A stretch of 64,000 nt of DNA from Chloroflexota bacterium (lineage in GTDB: Bacteria; Chloroflexota; Dehalococcoidia; Bin125): positions 14,713 through 78,712 of the forward strand of contig JAPOXK010000003.1 of assembly GCA_026707145.1 (NCBI GenBank), written 5' to 3'. The notes beneath the pieces were generated by a model. It was not told where the DNA came from. It searched no databases and saw nothing but the letters and a program-made list of their open reading frames with translations. Numbering within the stretch: position 1 is the stretch's first letter; each line of letters begins with the position of its first letter. Positions 8,334-17,648 of the stretch are shown here, piece by piece. The translations under genes were made by a program, and so were the position numbers.

Positions 8334-10415
8334 TCACGGTTCGGACACTCCGTCCGGGGCGGCGACCGATGGGGAGTCAGGAGAGGCCGGCGCGGCTGGC
8401 GCGGGCTCTGGTAGCTCGGTCGTGCTGCTGTCACCGATTTCACTCCCTGCGCCCTCGTTGGGTTGCTCGGTGGAATCGGCGGTGCCGTTCGTACTCTCTA
8501 CGGGGTCATCGGTGCTCGGGGTCTCGTCGGGGAACTGATCCTCTGGAGTCTGATCGATAGCGAGGACTTCCTCGCTACCTCTCGTGCCGCCATCTCCCGT
8601 GTCCTGCTCTCGCGATCCATCGTCGAACGGTTCGGTACCTGGGTCTAAGACGCCGATTCGGATATTGGAGGGCGGGTCGAAGATCGTCGGCTCCGCGACG
8701 TAGGAGCTGGGGGGGACGCCGAGATGAAGGAGCACTTGTGCCATGAGGCTCGAGAAGACGGGTGCAGCGACAATGCCGCCGAAGATCTCTCCTTGGGGGC
8801 GGTCGATCTTGACCAGCATTACTACGCGCGGATCGTCTGCGGGCGCGAAGCCGGCGAACGAGGCGATGGCTTCCCCCTCTATGTACTTGCCGTTTTCAAC
8901 TACGTCGGATGTGCCGGATTTGCCGGCGATGGGCCAGCCGCTGATTTGCGCCGGGTGGCCGCGGACGCCGTCGACGACGGCCTGCATCATGAAACGCATC
9001 GTCCGGGCGCTTTCTTCACTGATGACGCGATTTCCCCAGAGGGGTGCGAACTCGCTCACGCCGTCTTCCGTGATGAGCGCGCGTACGATCCGCGGCTGCA
9101 CGAGTCGACCGCCGTTGGCGATTGCGGAGTAGGCACGCACGATCTGCAGCGGGGTGACGGAGATCCCCTGCCCGAAGGAGTTCGTCGCTAAATCAACCTC
9201 CGACCAGAACAGGTTTCCCGGCTCCTTGAGCAGTCCGGTCGCTTCGCTGGAGAAGCCGGAGCTAGTGGTCTCCCCGAAACCGAAGCGATGCACGTAGTCG
9301 TAGAAAAGCGTCGGTCCAAGCTGCTGGGCGACCCAGGTTGAGCCGGTGTTGAGGGAACGCTGCAGGACCTGTGTCATCGTTTGGCGGCCGTGGAAAGAGA
9401 GGTCGAAATTACGGATCGTGCGGGTCCCGATCGCGATCGCCCCGGTGTCGTTGAACGTGGTCGTCGGCGTGACGACCCGCGCGTCGATCGCCCCCGCCAT
9501 CGTGATCGCCTTGAAGACCGATCCGGGTTCGTAGACATCTGTCGCGACACGGTTGCGGAATAGCGATAGGTCGAGGCGGGGGTCGTTGAGATTGAGGGTG
9601 CTCACGTCGAAACTCGGCGCGGACGCGACGGCCAGGAGGTCACCCGTGTGCGGATCCATGATGAGGATCGTGCCGCCCCGCGCGCCGGTCTCTTCCAGCG
9701 CGCGCGTTAACGCCGCTTCGGCGCGGCGTTGCAGGTTGCGGTCAATGGTGAGAACGATATCCGCGCCGGGCACGGGAGGATCCACGGTGCGCTGCCCGAA
9801 CGGGATCGGATTGCCGGCGCTGTCGCGTTCGACTACTACCGACCCGGGGTCGCCGCGCAGGAGGGATTCGAATTCGAATTCGACGCCCGAGAGACCTTCG
9901 CCGTCCCGGCCAATGAAGCCCAGCAGCTGGCTGGCTAGGCTCCCCTCGGAGTAGCGCCGAACCCCTGAGGGCGTGATCTTCACACCGGGAAGCCCCTCCG
10001 AGATGATTGCCTCGCCGAGGACGTACGGGACGTGGGTCGCTAGTAAGACATTCCGTTCGGGACCCGCGCTCGTGATGGACCGCACTTGCTCTGGGCTGAC
10101 TCCGAGCAGCACTGCCAGCCGCTCGACTGCTAGACGTTCATTCGTCGAGTCCAGTTCCCAGGCTTGCTGGTCGATGTGAATGTCGAAGGTTTCGACGCCG
10201 GTAACGAGAGGGAGCCCGTTACGGTCCAGGATCGCGCCTCGCGGACCCTGCACGGTCTGCTCCGAGAGATGGTTCTCACGCGCCGCCGCCGCGTAGCGCT
10301 CGTGATCCAGGATCTGTACTTGTGCGAGGCGTAGGACTAAGACGGTCGCCAGCCCAATGAGAACGAGCGCCATCAGACGCAGGCGCCACCTGTTCGGGCC
10401 GGCATCGCCGCTCAT
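8334..10415 (-). CDS. ftsI: Class B penicillin-binding protein FtsI/PBP3-like transpeptidase with long acidic C-terminal tail
   Basis: 693 aa. N-terminal TM helix (LRLMALVLIGLATVLVLRL). Transpeptidase motifs SxxK (SVFK), SxN (SLN), K[ST]G (KSG). Follows ftsL in the dcw cluster. Confidence 0.88.
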   Translation of the reverse strand: MSGDAGPNRWRLRLMALVLIGLATVLVLRLAQVQILDHERYAAAARENHLSEQTVQGPRGAILDRNGLPLVTGVETFDIHIDQQAWELDSTNERLAVERLAVLLGVSPEQVRSITSAGPERNVLLATHVPYVLGEAIISEGLPGVKITPSGVRRYSEGSLASQLLGFIGRDGEGLSGVEFEFESLLRGDPGSVVVERDSAGNPIPFGQRTVDPPVPGADIVLTIDRNLQRRAEAALTRALEETGARGGTILIMDPHTGDLLAVASAPSFDVSTLNLNDPRLDLSLFRNRVATDVYEPGSVFKAITMAGAIDARVVTPTTTFNDTGAIAIGTRTIRNFDLSFHGRQTMTQVLQRSLNTGSTWVAQQLGPTLFYDYVHRFGFGETTSSGFSSEATGLLKEPGNLFWSEVDLATNSFGQGISVTPLQIVRAYSAIANGGRLVQPRIVRALITEDGVSEFAPLWGNRVISEESARTMRFMMQAVVDGVRGHPAQISGWPIAGKSGTSDVVENGKYIEGEAIASFAGFAPADDPRVVMLVKIDRPQGEIFGGIVAAPVFSSLMAQVLLHLGVPPSSYVAEPTIFDPPSNIRIGVLDPGTEPFDDGSREQDTGDGGTRGSEEVLAIDQTPEDQFPDETPSTDDPVESTNGTADSTEQPNEGAGSEIGDSSTTELPEPAPAAPASPDSPSVAAPDGVSEP

Positions 10416-10468
10416 CGCGTGTCTCCCCCGCGCTCACGCCCCGACCTCCGACTAGCACTAGGGCGCGC

Positions 10469-10915
10469 TTAGTCGAACACGATTAGATTCACTGCCTGTT
10501 GCCACCAACTGAGCTTGGTTTCGAAAGTGCGGTCTTCGGAGGGAAGCAATCGTCGCGGAAGCACGCGCGGCGGCGGCGGGACGTCGACGTGGAGCACCGT
10601 GGTGGGTTCTGCCGGCGTGAGGCGAAGCCGCTCTCGCGCGGCGTCCGCAACGCGTTGCAGGGACGCGAGTTCGCCGACTTGCGACGCGATCAAGCGTACC
10701 TCGGCCTGCAGCGCAGCTCGCTCGTTCTCCAACGCCTGGAGTTCGGCGCTGGTACTCGTGGCGCTGCTGGCCTGGAGGATGGGAATCACCGCCGCCAGCG
10801 TAAGGCCAACCGCGGCGACCCATACCCAGACAGGGAAACGGAAACCATGGATCGGACGGACGCGTAGCGCTGCCTCCCCCGCCGCGGGTGCGGAGAGCGC
10901 GGGGCTGCGACGCAT
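10469..10915 (-). CDS. FtsL/DivIC-like septation protein (single TM + coiled coil)
   Basis: 148-aa ORF with a TM helix (FPVWVWVAAVGLTLAAVIPIL) followed by a heptad-like segment (AELQALENERAALQAEVRLIASQVGEL). Occupies the ftsL slot between rsmH and ftsI. No sequence motif beyond architecture and synteny. Confidence 0.55.
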   Translation of the reverse strand: MRRSPALSAPAAGEAALRVRPIHGFRFPVWVWVAAVGLTLAAVIPILQASSATSTSAELQALENERAALQAEVRLIASQVGELASLQRVADAARERLRLTPAEPTTVLHVDVPPPPRVLPRRLLPSEDRTFETKLSWWQQAVNLIVFD

Positions 10916-10917
10916 CG

Positions 10918-11820
10918 TCAGATCGCCTCAGCCACACGTAGTCGAGCGCTGCGACTCCGTGGATTGCGGCGCACCTCCTCGAGACTCGGACGAACCACCT
11001 TGCGCGTGAGCGGGCGGAACGTCGGCGTCTCGCCGCGCGACGCATGCTGGAGGAAGCGCTTGACCATGCGATCCTCCAAGGAGTGAAAGCTGATCACGGC
11101 GAAGCGTGATCCAAAGCCGAGCAGGCCGCGGGCTTCGGCGAGCACGGTCTTCAGGTGCTGAAGCTCCTGATTGACCGCAATGCGGAGGGCCAGGAAGGTT
11201 TTGGTGGCGGGGTGAACTCTACTACTTCTACTGGCTTGGCGGCCCTCTCCCGCGGCCTGCTCGACGGCTTTGGCGAGTTGAGTGGTGGAGCTGAACGGAC
11301 GCTTTTCTATGATGCGACGGGCGATGCGCCGTGAGCGACGCTCGTTGCCGTACTCATAGAGAATGCGAGCCAACTCCTCCTGGGACTCCGAATTGACGAT
11401 GTCGGCGGCCGTGTAGTTCGCCGACGGCCCGAAACGCATGTCCAACGGACCCTCGGCCCGGAAGGAAAACCCACGCTCGGGTTGGTCCAACTGCATGCTT
11501 GAAACGCCCAGATCACAGATCAATCCGTCCGCGGGGACAAAGTGTTGATCGGCAGCGACTTTGGCGATCGCGCTGGAATAGCTCTCGACGAGGGTGATCC
11601 GCTCGCCGAACGGTGCTAACTGCTCGCGCGCAAGCTCGATTGCTTGGGGGTCGGCATCAATGCCGAGAAGCCGACAGTCCGGTGCGCCGGCTTCGAGGAT
11701 CGCGGCGGCGTGGCCGCCGGCGCCGACGGTGCAGTCGATGTAGTGACCTCCAGGGCGCACTTGAAGCAACTCCACAAGCTCTTGCACCATAACGGCGACG
11801 TGGGTGCCGGAAGCGCTCAT
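10918..11820 (-). CDS. rsmH: 16S rRNA (cytosine1402-N4)-methyltransferase RsmH
   Basis: The ORF track runs to 12273, but upstream of ATG 11820 it overlaps mraZ out of frame. From MSASGTHVAVMVQELVELL the product shows DCTVGAGGHAAAIL and DLGVSSMQLD. ATGA overlap with the mraZ stop. Confidence 0.9.
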   Translation of the reverse strand: MSASGTHVAVMVQELVELLQVRPGGHYIDCTVGAGGHAAAILEAGAPDCRLLGIDADPQAIELAREQLAPFGERITLVESYSSAIAKVAADQHFVPADGLICDLGVSSMQLDQPERGFSFRAEGPLDMRFGPSANYTAADIVNSESQEELARILYEYGNERRSRRIARRIIEKRPFSSTTQLAKAVEQAAGEGRQASRSSRVHPATKTFLALRIAVNQELQHLKTVLAEARGLLGFGSRFAVISFHSLEDRMVKRFLQHASRGETPTFRPLTRKVVRPSLEEVRRNPRSRSARLRVAEAI

Positions 11821-12248
11821 CCGACGCTCCCCTGGGCTTCCAGGATGGCGGCGTGCTCGCTCTCGACCGTCGCTTGTTCTTGCCTCCAGCTCTCCGCACT
11901 CCAAATTTCCAGACACTCGCCGCGCCCGGCTAGGACGACGGCGCCTTCCAACCCCGCATGGCTCCGCATCGCTTGCGGGACGAGGATGCGGCCCTGCCGG
12001 TCGATCTCGACGTCGTACGACATGGCGTATATGGCGCGGCGCACACGCCGGCCCCGATGCTGTTGCGCGCTCTCCGTGGAGAGTTCGCGGGCCGTGGTCT
12101 CGAAATCCACGACGGTATAGAGTTCCAGGCAGCCGTCGGGGCTCGGTTTCAAAACGCCCCCGTCCGCAAAGGCATCCCGAAAACGGGCGGGGATGGCGAC
12201 TCGCCCGCCGTTGTCTAGGGAGTGTTCGTAATTGCCACGAAAAGCCAT
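11817..12248 (-). CDS. mraZ: Transcriptional regulator MraZ
   Basis: 143 aa with two DxxGR-type repeats (LDNGGRVAIP and IDRQGRILVP). First gene of the dcw cluster. Confidence 0.9.
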   Translation of the reverse strand: MAFRGNYEHSLDNGGRVAIPARFRDAFADGGVLKPSPDGCLELYTVVDFETTARELSTESAQQHRGRRVRRAIYAMSYDVEIDRQGRILVPQAMRSHAGLEGAVVLAGRGECLEIWSAESWRQEQATVESEHAAILEAQGSVG

Positions 12249-12321
12249 AGCGAGAGGCCATCATCCATTTCATTCCTGAGGAGAGGCGGAGCGGTTCTCC
12301 GGTGTGGGGTGCTTAACCAAA

Positions 12322-12358
12322 TTCCCCATTTATCCCCATGTCGCGCCAAAGTTTCCCA
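12322..12358 (-). promoter_or_regulatory. Candidate MraZ operator: four TGGG(G)A-type boxes at exact 10-nt phasing upstream of mraZ
   Basis: The plus strand reads TTCCCCA (12322-12328), ATCCCCA (12332-12338), CGCGCCA (12342-12348), TTTCCCA (12352-12358). On the minus strand these are TGGGAAA / TGGCGCG / TGGGGAT / TGGGGAA, spaced 10 nt. E. coli MraZ is known to bind TGGGN direct repeats with 10-bp spacing upstream of mraZ. Two TTGACA hexamers (minus strand, 12375-12380 and 12387-12392) lie just upstream. Confidence 0.55.
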
Positions 12359-12473
12359 TTACTCACCCTTTGCTGTCAACAAGGGCTGTCAAGATCTTTC
12401 GGTAAAATTCCCGGTCGGCGCTTGATTCCCTTTCCGGCCAGAGGCCTTGGCGCATTCCGAGGAGGTTTCCCAG

Positions 12474-12971
12474 ATGGCAGACTTCATTCGCGTGGGGATC
12501 CTGACCTTGAGCGATCGAGCCAGCCGCGGGGAGTACGCAGATAAGTCCGGTGTCGCGATCGCTGAGCTGCTGGCCCCGCTGGGGCCCCAGATCGTGGAAA
12601 AAGCGATCGTCCCGGACGACCGTGATCGCATCGAGCAAACGCTCCGCGCCTGGGTTGTTGCGGGAAGCGTTGACCTGATCGTCACCACCGGCGGCACGGG
12701 ACTCGCGCCACGCGATGTCACCCCGGAGGCAACCCGCTCCGTGATCGAGCGGGAAATCCCAGGCGTGGCGGAGTTAATGCGAGGAGAGGGACGAAAGCAG
12801 ACGCCCTATGCGGTCCTCAGCCGTGGGGTCGCTGGCGTGGCGGGGCGTACCCTGATCGTGAATCTGCCCGGGTCTGAGAAGGGCGTTCGCGAGAGTTTCG
12901 CGCCGCTCGTCGAACTGCTCCCACACGCAGTGGACTTGATCCGCGACACCTCCGCTGATCATCCCGCTTGA
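12474..12971 (+). CDS. mog: Molybdopterin adenylyltransferase MogA/MoaB family
   Basis: ATG 12474 is preceded by GAGGAGG (12459-12465). Product [21 protein letters not shown]...[20 protein letters not shown]...NLPGSEKG is typical of MogA/MoaB. Confidence 0.85.
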   Translation: MADFIRVGILTLSDRASRGEYADKSGVAIAELLAPLGPQIVEKAIVPDDRDRIEQTLRAWVVAGSVDLIVTTGGTGLAPRDVTPEATRSVIEREIPGVAELMRGEGRKQTPYAVLSRGVAGVAGRTLIVNLPGSEKGVRESFAPLVELLPHAVDLIRDTSADHPA

Positions 12972-12987
12972 GTTGGATAGCCAGAGC

Positions 12988-13704
12988 ATGCGCATCGATA
13001 TCGTCACGATCTTCCCGGAGATGGTCCGGGCGCCGCTTGAGACGAGCATTGTGGCGCGCGCGCGCGCGGAGGGCATCGTCGAAATTGCAGTGCATGACTT
13101 ACGTGCCTGGACCGAGGATCGGCATCGAAGCGTCGATGATGCTCCGTACGGGGGCGGCGCAGGTATGGTGATGCGGCCGGAGCCCCTCTTTCGTTGCGTC
13201 GAGCAGCTGCGCGCGGAGGCCGGGCCGCGGGGACGCACTGTGCTGCTGTCGCCGCAAGGGCGGCTGCTGAATCATGATCGAGTGCGCGAACTTCGCAACG
13301 CCGACCGTCTTATTCTCCTTTGTGGCCGCTACGAGGGATTCGACGAGCGCGTGCGCCTCTATCTGGCGGATGACGAGGTTTCCATCGGGGACTACGTGCT
13401 GGGAGGCGGCGAGCTGCCCGCGCTGGTCGTGGTGGAAGCCATTGTGCGTTTGTTGCCGGGAGCGCTCGGCTCCGTCGCGTCCCTTGACGAGGAGTCGCAT
13501 ACCGATGGGTTGCTCGAGTACCCGCAGTACACTCGCCCGCAAGAGTTTCGAGGTTGGTCGGTGCCGGAGGTGTTGCTCAGTGGCGACCACGCCGCGATCG
13601 CGCGTTGGCGTCGCGCCGAGCGGCTGCGGCGTACGGCGGCCCGCCGGCCGGATCTCTTGGAGCGCGCGAACCTCGCGGAGGAGGATCGGGCGGTCTTCGA
13701 GTAA
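12988..13704 (+). CDS. trmD: tRNA (guanine37-N1)-methyltransferase TrmD
   Basis: [13 protein letters not shown]..., [24 protein letters not shown] motifs. The ORF track's TTG at 12973 is an alternative start. Confidence 0.9.
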   Translation: MRIDIVTIFPEMVRAPLETSIVARARAEGIVEIAVHDLRAWTEDRHRSVDDAPYGGGAGMVMRPEPLFRCVEQLRAEAGPRGRTVLLSPQGRLLNHDRVRELRNADRLILLCGRYEGFDERVRLYLADDEVSIGDYVLGGGELPALVVVEAIVRLLPGALGSVASLDEESHTDGLLEYPQYTRPQEFRGWSVPEVLLSGDHAAIARWRRAERLRRTAARRPDLLERANLAEEDRAVFE

Positions 13705-13830
13705 TCGCGTAGTCGGCTGAGCCGATCGACAGGGCTGATCTGAGGCGTTCGCTACTCGCCTCGGCCGCTGGGCCTTACCTACAATAAATGCCTGCCCCAA
13801 CCAAGCGCGATCCGGTGGTGGATAAGCCGT

Positions 13831-14199
13831 ATGGACCGTAGTGACCTTCTCGACCTCGAAAAGAACCCGGCTATCGAAGAGTTCCAGCCTGGCGATACGG
13901 TACGCGTGCACGCCAAGGTAGTGGAGGGCGATCGCGAGCGAACGCAGGTGTTCGAAGGGGTCGTGCTGGGGATCCGCAAAAAGGGGAGTTCCAGCAACTT
14001 CACGGTTCGCCGTGTGACGCACGGGGTCGGCGTCGAGCGGACTTTTCTCTATCACTCGCCGCGCGTCGAACGGGTTGAGGTAACCCGCCGGGGCCGCGTG
14101 CGGCGGGCCAAGCTCTATTACCTGCGGGATCGCACCGGTAAAGCCGCCAGGATCCCGCAGCGGCCACGCTACGCGAAGCGCCCGGTCCACAGTTACTAG
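13831..14199 (+). CDS. rplS: 50S ribosomal protein L19
   Basis: 122 aa, [35 protein letters not shown]...TVRR. Follows trmD as in many bacteria. Confidence 0.93.
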   Translation: MDRSDLLDLEKNPAIEEFQPGDTVRVHAKVVEGDRERTQVFEGVVLGIRKKGSSSNFTVRRVTHGVGVERTFLYHSPRVERVEVTRRGRVRRAKLYYLRDRTGKAARIPQRPRYAKRPVHSY

Positions 14200-14252
14200 A
14201 CTCGGAGCGGCTGTCGGCCTTGGAGGGCTCCGCGTAGGGAAGGAGCCTGCCC

Positions 14253-16931
14253 TTGCCTTTTGCCGAGGTCGCGGTCTACTCCGGACGCCCCGATCGCGGC
14301 ACATTCTCGTACGCCATTCCGCCCCATCTTGTGATCCGCGTTGGCGACGGCGTGTACGTGCCTTTCGGACGGCAGCTATTGCAGGGTGTGGTGTTGCAGC
14401 TAACGGAAACGCCTGCGGTCTCCGAGACACGGGAGATCCGGGCGCGTATCGACGAAGGACGGCTTCTGACGCGCCCACAGGCTGCGCTGGCACGCTGGAT
14501 CGCCGATGCGTACTTAGCTCCGATCAGCAGGTGCGCCGCGTTGTTCCTGCCACCCGGTTTCCAACGCAAGCCCCGCCGCTGGCTGCGGGTGACGGAGGCG
14601 GGGCGCGCCGCGCACGCGTCGCTGACCGGCGACGCGCGTGCCCTTGTCGATGCAGTCAGGGCGAAGCGCGAGCTTGCCTTTGACGCTCTCCCCAAGCATT
14701 TGGGAAAGCGGCGGTCCGTGGTTGTTCGCAAACTCGTGGACCGCGGATTGCTGGAGGAACGCTTCGATCTGGCACCGCCTGGTGTACGAGAGAAGGTCGA
14801 GACGTGGGTGGAGTTGACGGTGAGCGAGAACGCCGCGCGGGCGGCCGTGCGGGATTGGCCGCAATCGAAGCGATCGCGTCCCGCTGAGCTACTGACACGG
14901 CTGGGTGGGGGCTCGATTCCGCTCATCGAGGCCCGCCGCCTGGTCGGTGGCGGCGCCATGCTGGAGCGTTTCCTCGCTACTCACCCGATCGTGGAGCGCG
15001 CTGGAAGCGAGCTACGCGCGACGGCGGACGCGGAGACGCTGCAGCATCTGATCGCGGCCCTGCGTCGGACGCGAGCGGAGCGGGCACAAGTCGCGCTATT
15101 GCGCGCACTCGTCGGCGGGCCGGTTTCCGAGGGCGCCCTCAAGTCGGAGTTTGGTGCCACCGCAGCTGATATCGGCGCGCTCGCCGAGGCGGGACTAGCT
15201 CGCCGCGTCAGACGGCGCGTCGAGCGTGACCCGCTCGCCGATCTGGTCACTCGCCCCGTCGAGCAGGTGACGCTTACGGCTGACCAAGCCCGCGCCTACC
15301 GAGCGATTGCTGACGCGCTAGCGCACACGCGTGAAGCGGGTGCGGTCAGTGCCCGCTCATCGGGCGTGGTGTTCCTCCTGCAGGGAGTGACGGGTTCCGG
15401 TAAGACGGAGGTTTATCTCGCCGCGGCGGAGAATGCTGTCGCGCACGGGGGGCGTGTGATCGTCCTGGTGCCCGAGATCGCTCTCACCCCGCAAACGATT
15501 GAGCGGTTCGCGGCGCGGTTTCCGGGCCGGGTCGCCGTGCAGCACTCCGCGCTGTCATTGGGCGAAGATTACGACCAATGGCAGCGCATTCGCTCTGGTC
15601 ACGCTGACGTTGTGATCGGGTCGCGGTCCGCGTTGTTCGCTCCCCAACCGAACCTGCGCCTCGTCATCGTCGACGAGGAGCACGAGTGGACATACAAGCA
15701 GACGGATGCGGCGCCGCGCTACCACGTACGCGAGGTCGTTGAGGAGTACTGCCGCTTGACGGGTGCAGTGGCGGTTTTCGGCACGGCGACGCCGGACGTG
15801 GTCACGGCGGCACGCGCTCAGCGCCGCCGCTATCGTCATTTGCACTTACCCCAGCGCGTCCACAGCGCTGTCTCGGACGGCAAAGGTGCGCCCGCTCAAC
15901 CGGTACCGCTTCCCGCGGTTGAGATCGTGGACCTGCGTGAGGAGTTGCGGGCGGGGAACCGCTCGATCTTTAGCCGAGCGTTGACCGATGCGATCGGAGA
16001 GGTGTTGGAGGTGGGCGCACAGCTGATGCTGTTACTCAATCGGCGCGGCGTGTCTGGTTTGGTCTGCCGCGGCTGTGGCGAGGCGCTGATCTGCCCGCGC
16101 TGCGCGCTGCCGCTGACGGTTCATGCCGAACCGGAACTGCTGCGCTGCCACGAGTGCGGGTACGCCACCGCGCTGCAGAGCGACTGTCCAAGCTGCGGCC
16201 AAGACCTCTTACGCCCGCTGGGGCTGGGCACTCAGCGGCTGGAGCAGGCTGTGCGCCGGCACTTTCCGTCGGCGCGTCCGATCCGCTGGGATCGCGACAC
16301 GGCCCGCGGGCGCGGCGGCCACGAGCAGATCCTAAAGCGCTTCCAGCAAGGCGAAGCCAACGTACTCATCGGGACGCAGATGATCGCGACCGGACTTGAC
16401 TTACCAGCGGTGACACTTGTGGGCGTCGTCAACGCCGACCTCGCGCTGCGGTTGCCTGATTACACCGGTCCCGAGCGTACTTTCCAACTGTTGGCGCAGG
16501 TAGCAGGGCGCGCCGGAAGAGGACCGCGCGGCGGACGCGTGATCGTGCAGAGCTATGTGCCGGACCACTACGCGATTCTCGCTGCCGCCGCGCACGACTA
16601 CACAACCTTCTTCGAGGCAGAGATGGCGGCACGCGCGCAGCACGACTACCCGCCTTTCGGCCGTCTCGCCCGCCTCGGTTATCAGCACTCGAACGATGCG
16701 CGCGCGCGCGAAGCCGCGACGACAATGGCAGCGCAGTTGCGCGAGGAGCGTGATCGCCGAGGGTTGCCCGGTCCGGAGATCCTTGGCCCAACGCCGGCGT
16801 ATGTCTACCGGCGTCGGGGCCGCTACCGCTGGCAGATTACCCTGCGCGGCGCCGATCCGATCCCGCTCTTACGCCCCTGCAGCTTGCCTCAGGGGTGGAC
16901 GGTCGACATCGACCCCGTTTCGCTCCTGTAA
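14253..16931 (+). CDS. priA: Primosomal protein N' (replication restart helicase PriA)
   Basis: 892 aa. TTG start at 14253 after GGGAAGGAG. N-terminus FAEVAVYSG...YAIP, Walker A GVTGSGKTEVY, DEEH box, Cys-rich zinc region CRGCGEALICPRCALPLTVH...CHECGY...CPSCG. Confidence 0.9.
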   Translation: MPFAEVAVYSGRPDRGTFSYAIPPHLVIRVGDGVYVPFGRQLLQGVVLQLTETPAVSETREIRARIDEGRLLTRPQAALARWIADAYLAPISRCAALFLPPGFQRKPRRWLRVTEAGRAAHASLTGDARALVDAVRAKRELAFDALPKHLGKRRSVVVRKLVDRGLLEERFDLAPPGVREKVETWVELTVSENAARAAVRDWPQSKRSRPAELLTRLGGGSIPLIEARRLVGGGAMLERFLATHPIVERAGSELRATADAETLQHLIAALRRTRAERAQVALLRALVGGPVSEGALKSEFGATAADIGALAEAGLARRVRRRVERDPLADLVTRPVEQVTLTADQARAYRAIADALAHTREAGAVSARSSGVVFLLQGVTGSGKTEVYLAAAENAVAHGGRVIVLVPEIALTPQTIERFAARFPGRVAVQHSALSLGEDYDQWQRIRSGHADVVIGSRSALFAPQPNLRLVIVDEEHEWTYKQTDAAPRYHVREVVEEYCRLTGAVAVFGTATPDVVTAARAQRRRYRHLHLPQRVHSAVSDGKGAPAQPVPLPAVEIVDLREELRAGNRSIFSRALTDAIGEVLEVGAQLMLLLNRRGVSGLVCRGCGEALICPRCALPLTVHAEPELLRCHECGYATALQSDCPSCGQDLLRPLGLGTQRLEQAVRRHFPSARPIRWDRDTARGRGGHEQILKRFQQGEANVLIGTQMIATGLDLPAVTLVGVVNADLALRLPDYTGPERTFQLLAQVAGRAGRGPRGGRVIVQSYVPDHYAILAAAAHDYTTFFEAEMAARAQHDYPPFGRLARLGYQHSNDARAREAATTMAAQLREERDRRGLPGPEILGPTPAYVYRRRGRYRWQITLRGADPIPLLRPCSLPQGWTVDIDPVSLL

Positions 16932-17012
16932 CAGGACGGACGCCCGTTCGCTTGTCCATGGTCTGGTACGCACCGCAAGATGAGAGGAGCATTCATCCAG
17001 TAGAGGAGTGGG

Positions 17013-17570
17013 ATGACCGTCTTACCAGTACGCGTGCTGCCTACCGATGCCACCGTGCTGCGGCGCAAGGCCAACAAGATCAGCCGGATCGATGCATCGA
17101 TCCAGACACTGATCGATGACATGATCGAATCGATGTATGCCGCAGAGGGAGTTGGCATCGCGGCCCCGCAGGTCGGCGTTTCACTGCGAGTGGTCGTGAT
17201 CGGGCTGCCGAACGAAGAGCCGTTTGCGCTGATCAATCCGGAGATCGTGAAGCGATCGGGCACGCGCCGCCTCTTTGAGGGGTGTTTGAGCGTGCCCGGC
17301 TATCGCGGGGAGATCCAGCGCTCAGTGAAAGTGCTCGTCAAAGGCCTCAATCGTGAAGGGAAAGAGATTCGACTAAAGGCGGAAGACAGCCTGCTCGCGC
17401 AGGCTCTCGAGCACGAGATCGACCATATCAACGGCACGATTTACATCGATCACCTGGAAACGATGGATGACCTGTATACGTTGGAAGAGCTTGCGCGTAT
17501 GGATGCGGATGGAGAACGCGACATGCGGAGTGCGGGCGCTACGGCCTCCCGCCCCGGCTCCCCGGACTAA
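17013..17570 (+). CDS. def: Peptide deformylase
   Basis: 185 aa with the three PDF motifs GVGIAAPQVG, EGCLSVPG, HEIDHING. Confidence 0.93.
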   Translation: MTVLPVRVLPTDATVLRRKANKISRIDASIQTLIDDMIESMYAAEGVGIAAPQVGVSLRVVVIGLPNEEPFALINPEIVKRSGTRRLFEGCLSVPGYRGEIQRSVKVLVKGLNREGKEIRLKAEDSLLAQALEHEIDHINGTIYIDHLETMDDLYTLEELARMDADGERDMRSAGATASRPGSPD

Positions 17571-17648
17571 CTTAGGTTACCTATCCCGCCGGTCCGACGC
17601 GCTTAGCCGCTAGGCTGCATCTGCAGATGATTTAGGGGAGGCCGTGCA

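Noticed and set aside
11821-12273. N-terminal extension of the rsmH ORF (track start 12273). Analogous ORF-track extensions occur for murF (to 8443), hemW (to 26385), the carboxyltransferase (to 53309), hyuA (to 60162), larE (to 61878), rplY (from 61538), fmt (to 63440), the deacetylase (from 22847), NUDIX (from 40909) and permease 2 (from 34044).
   Set aside because: The extensions overlap neighbouring genes out of frame and have junk-like composition. Internal starts with SD sequences, or ATGA/GTGA coupling, give products that begin where homologous families normally begin.
12375-12392. Two TTGACA hexamers (minus strand) as the defined -35 of the dcw promoter.
   Set aside because: No acceptable -10 hexamer at 16-18 nt from either copy (the nearest TAATGG is at 13 or 25 nt). 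I therefore report only the phased boxes, not a specific promoter.
12393-12473. Possible Moco riboswitch upstream of mog.
   Set aside because: About 80 nt is too short for the ~130-140-nt Moco motif. Only a trivial CCGAGG match that is part of the Shine-Dalgarno region.
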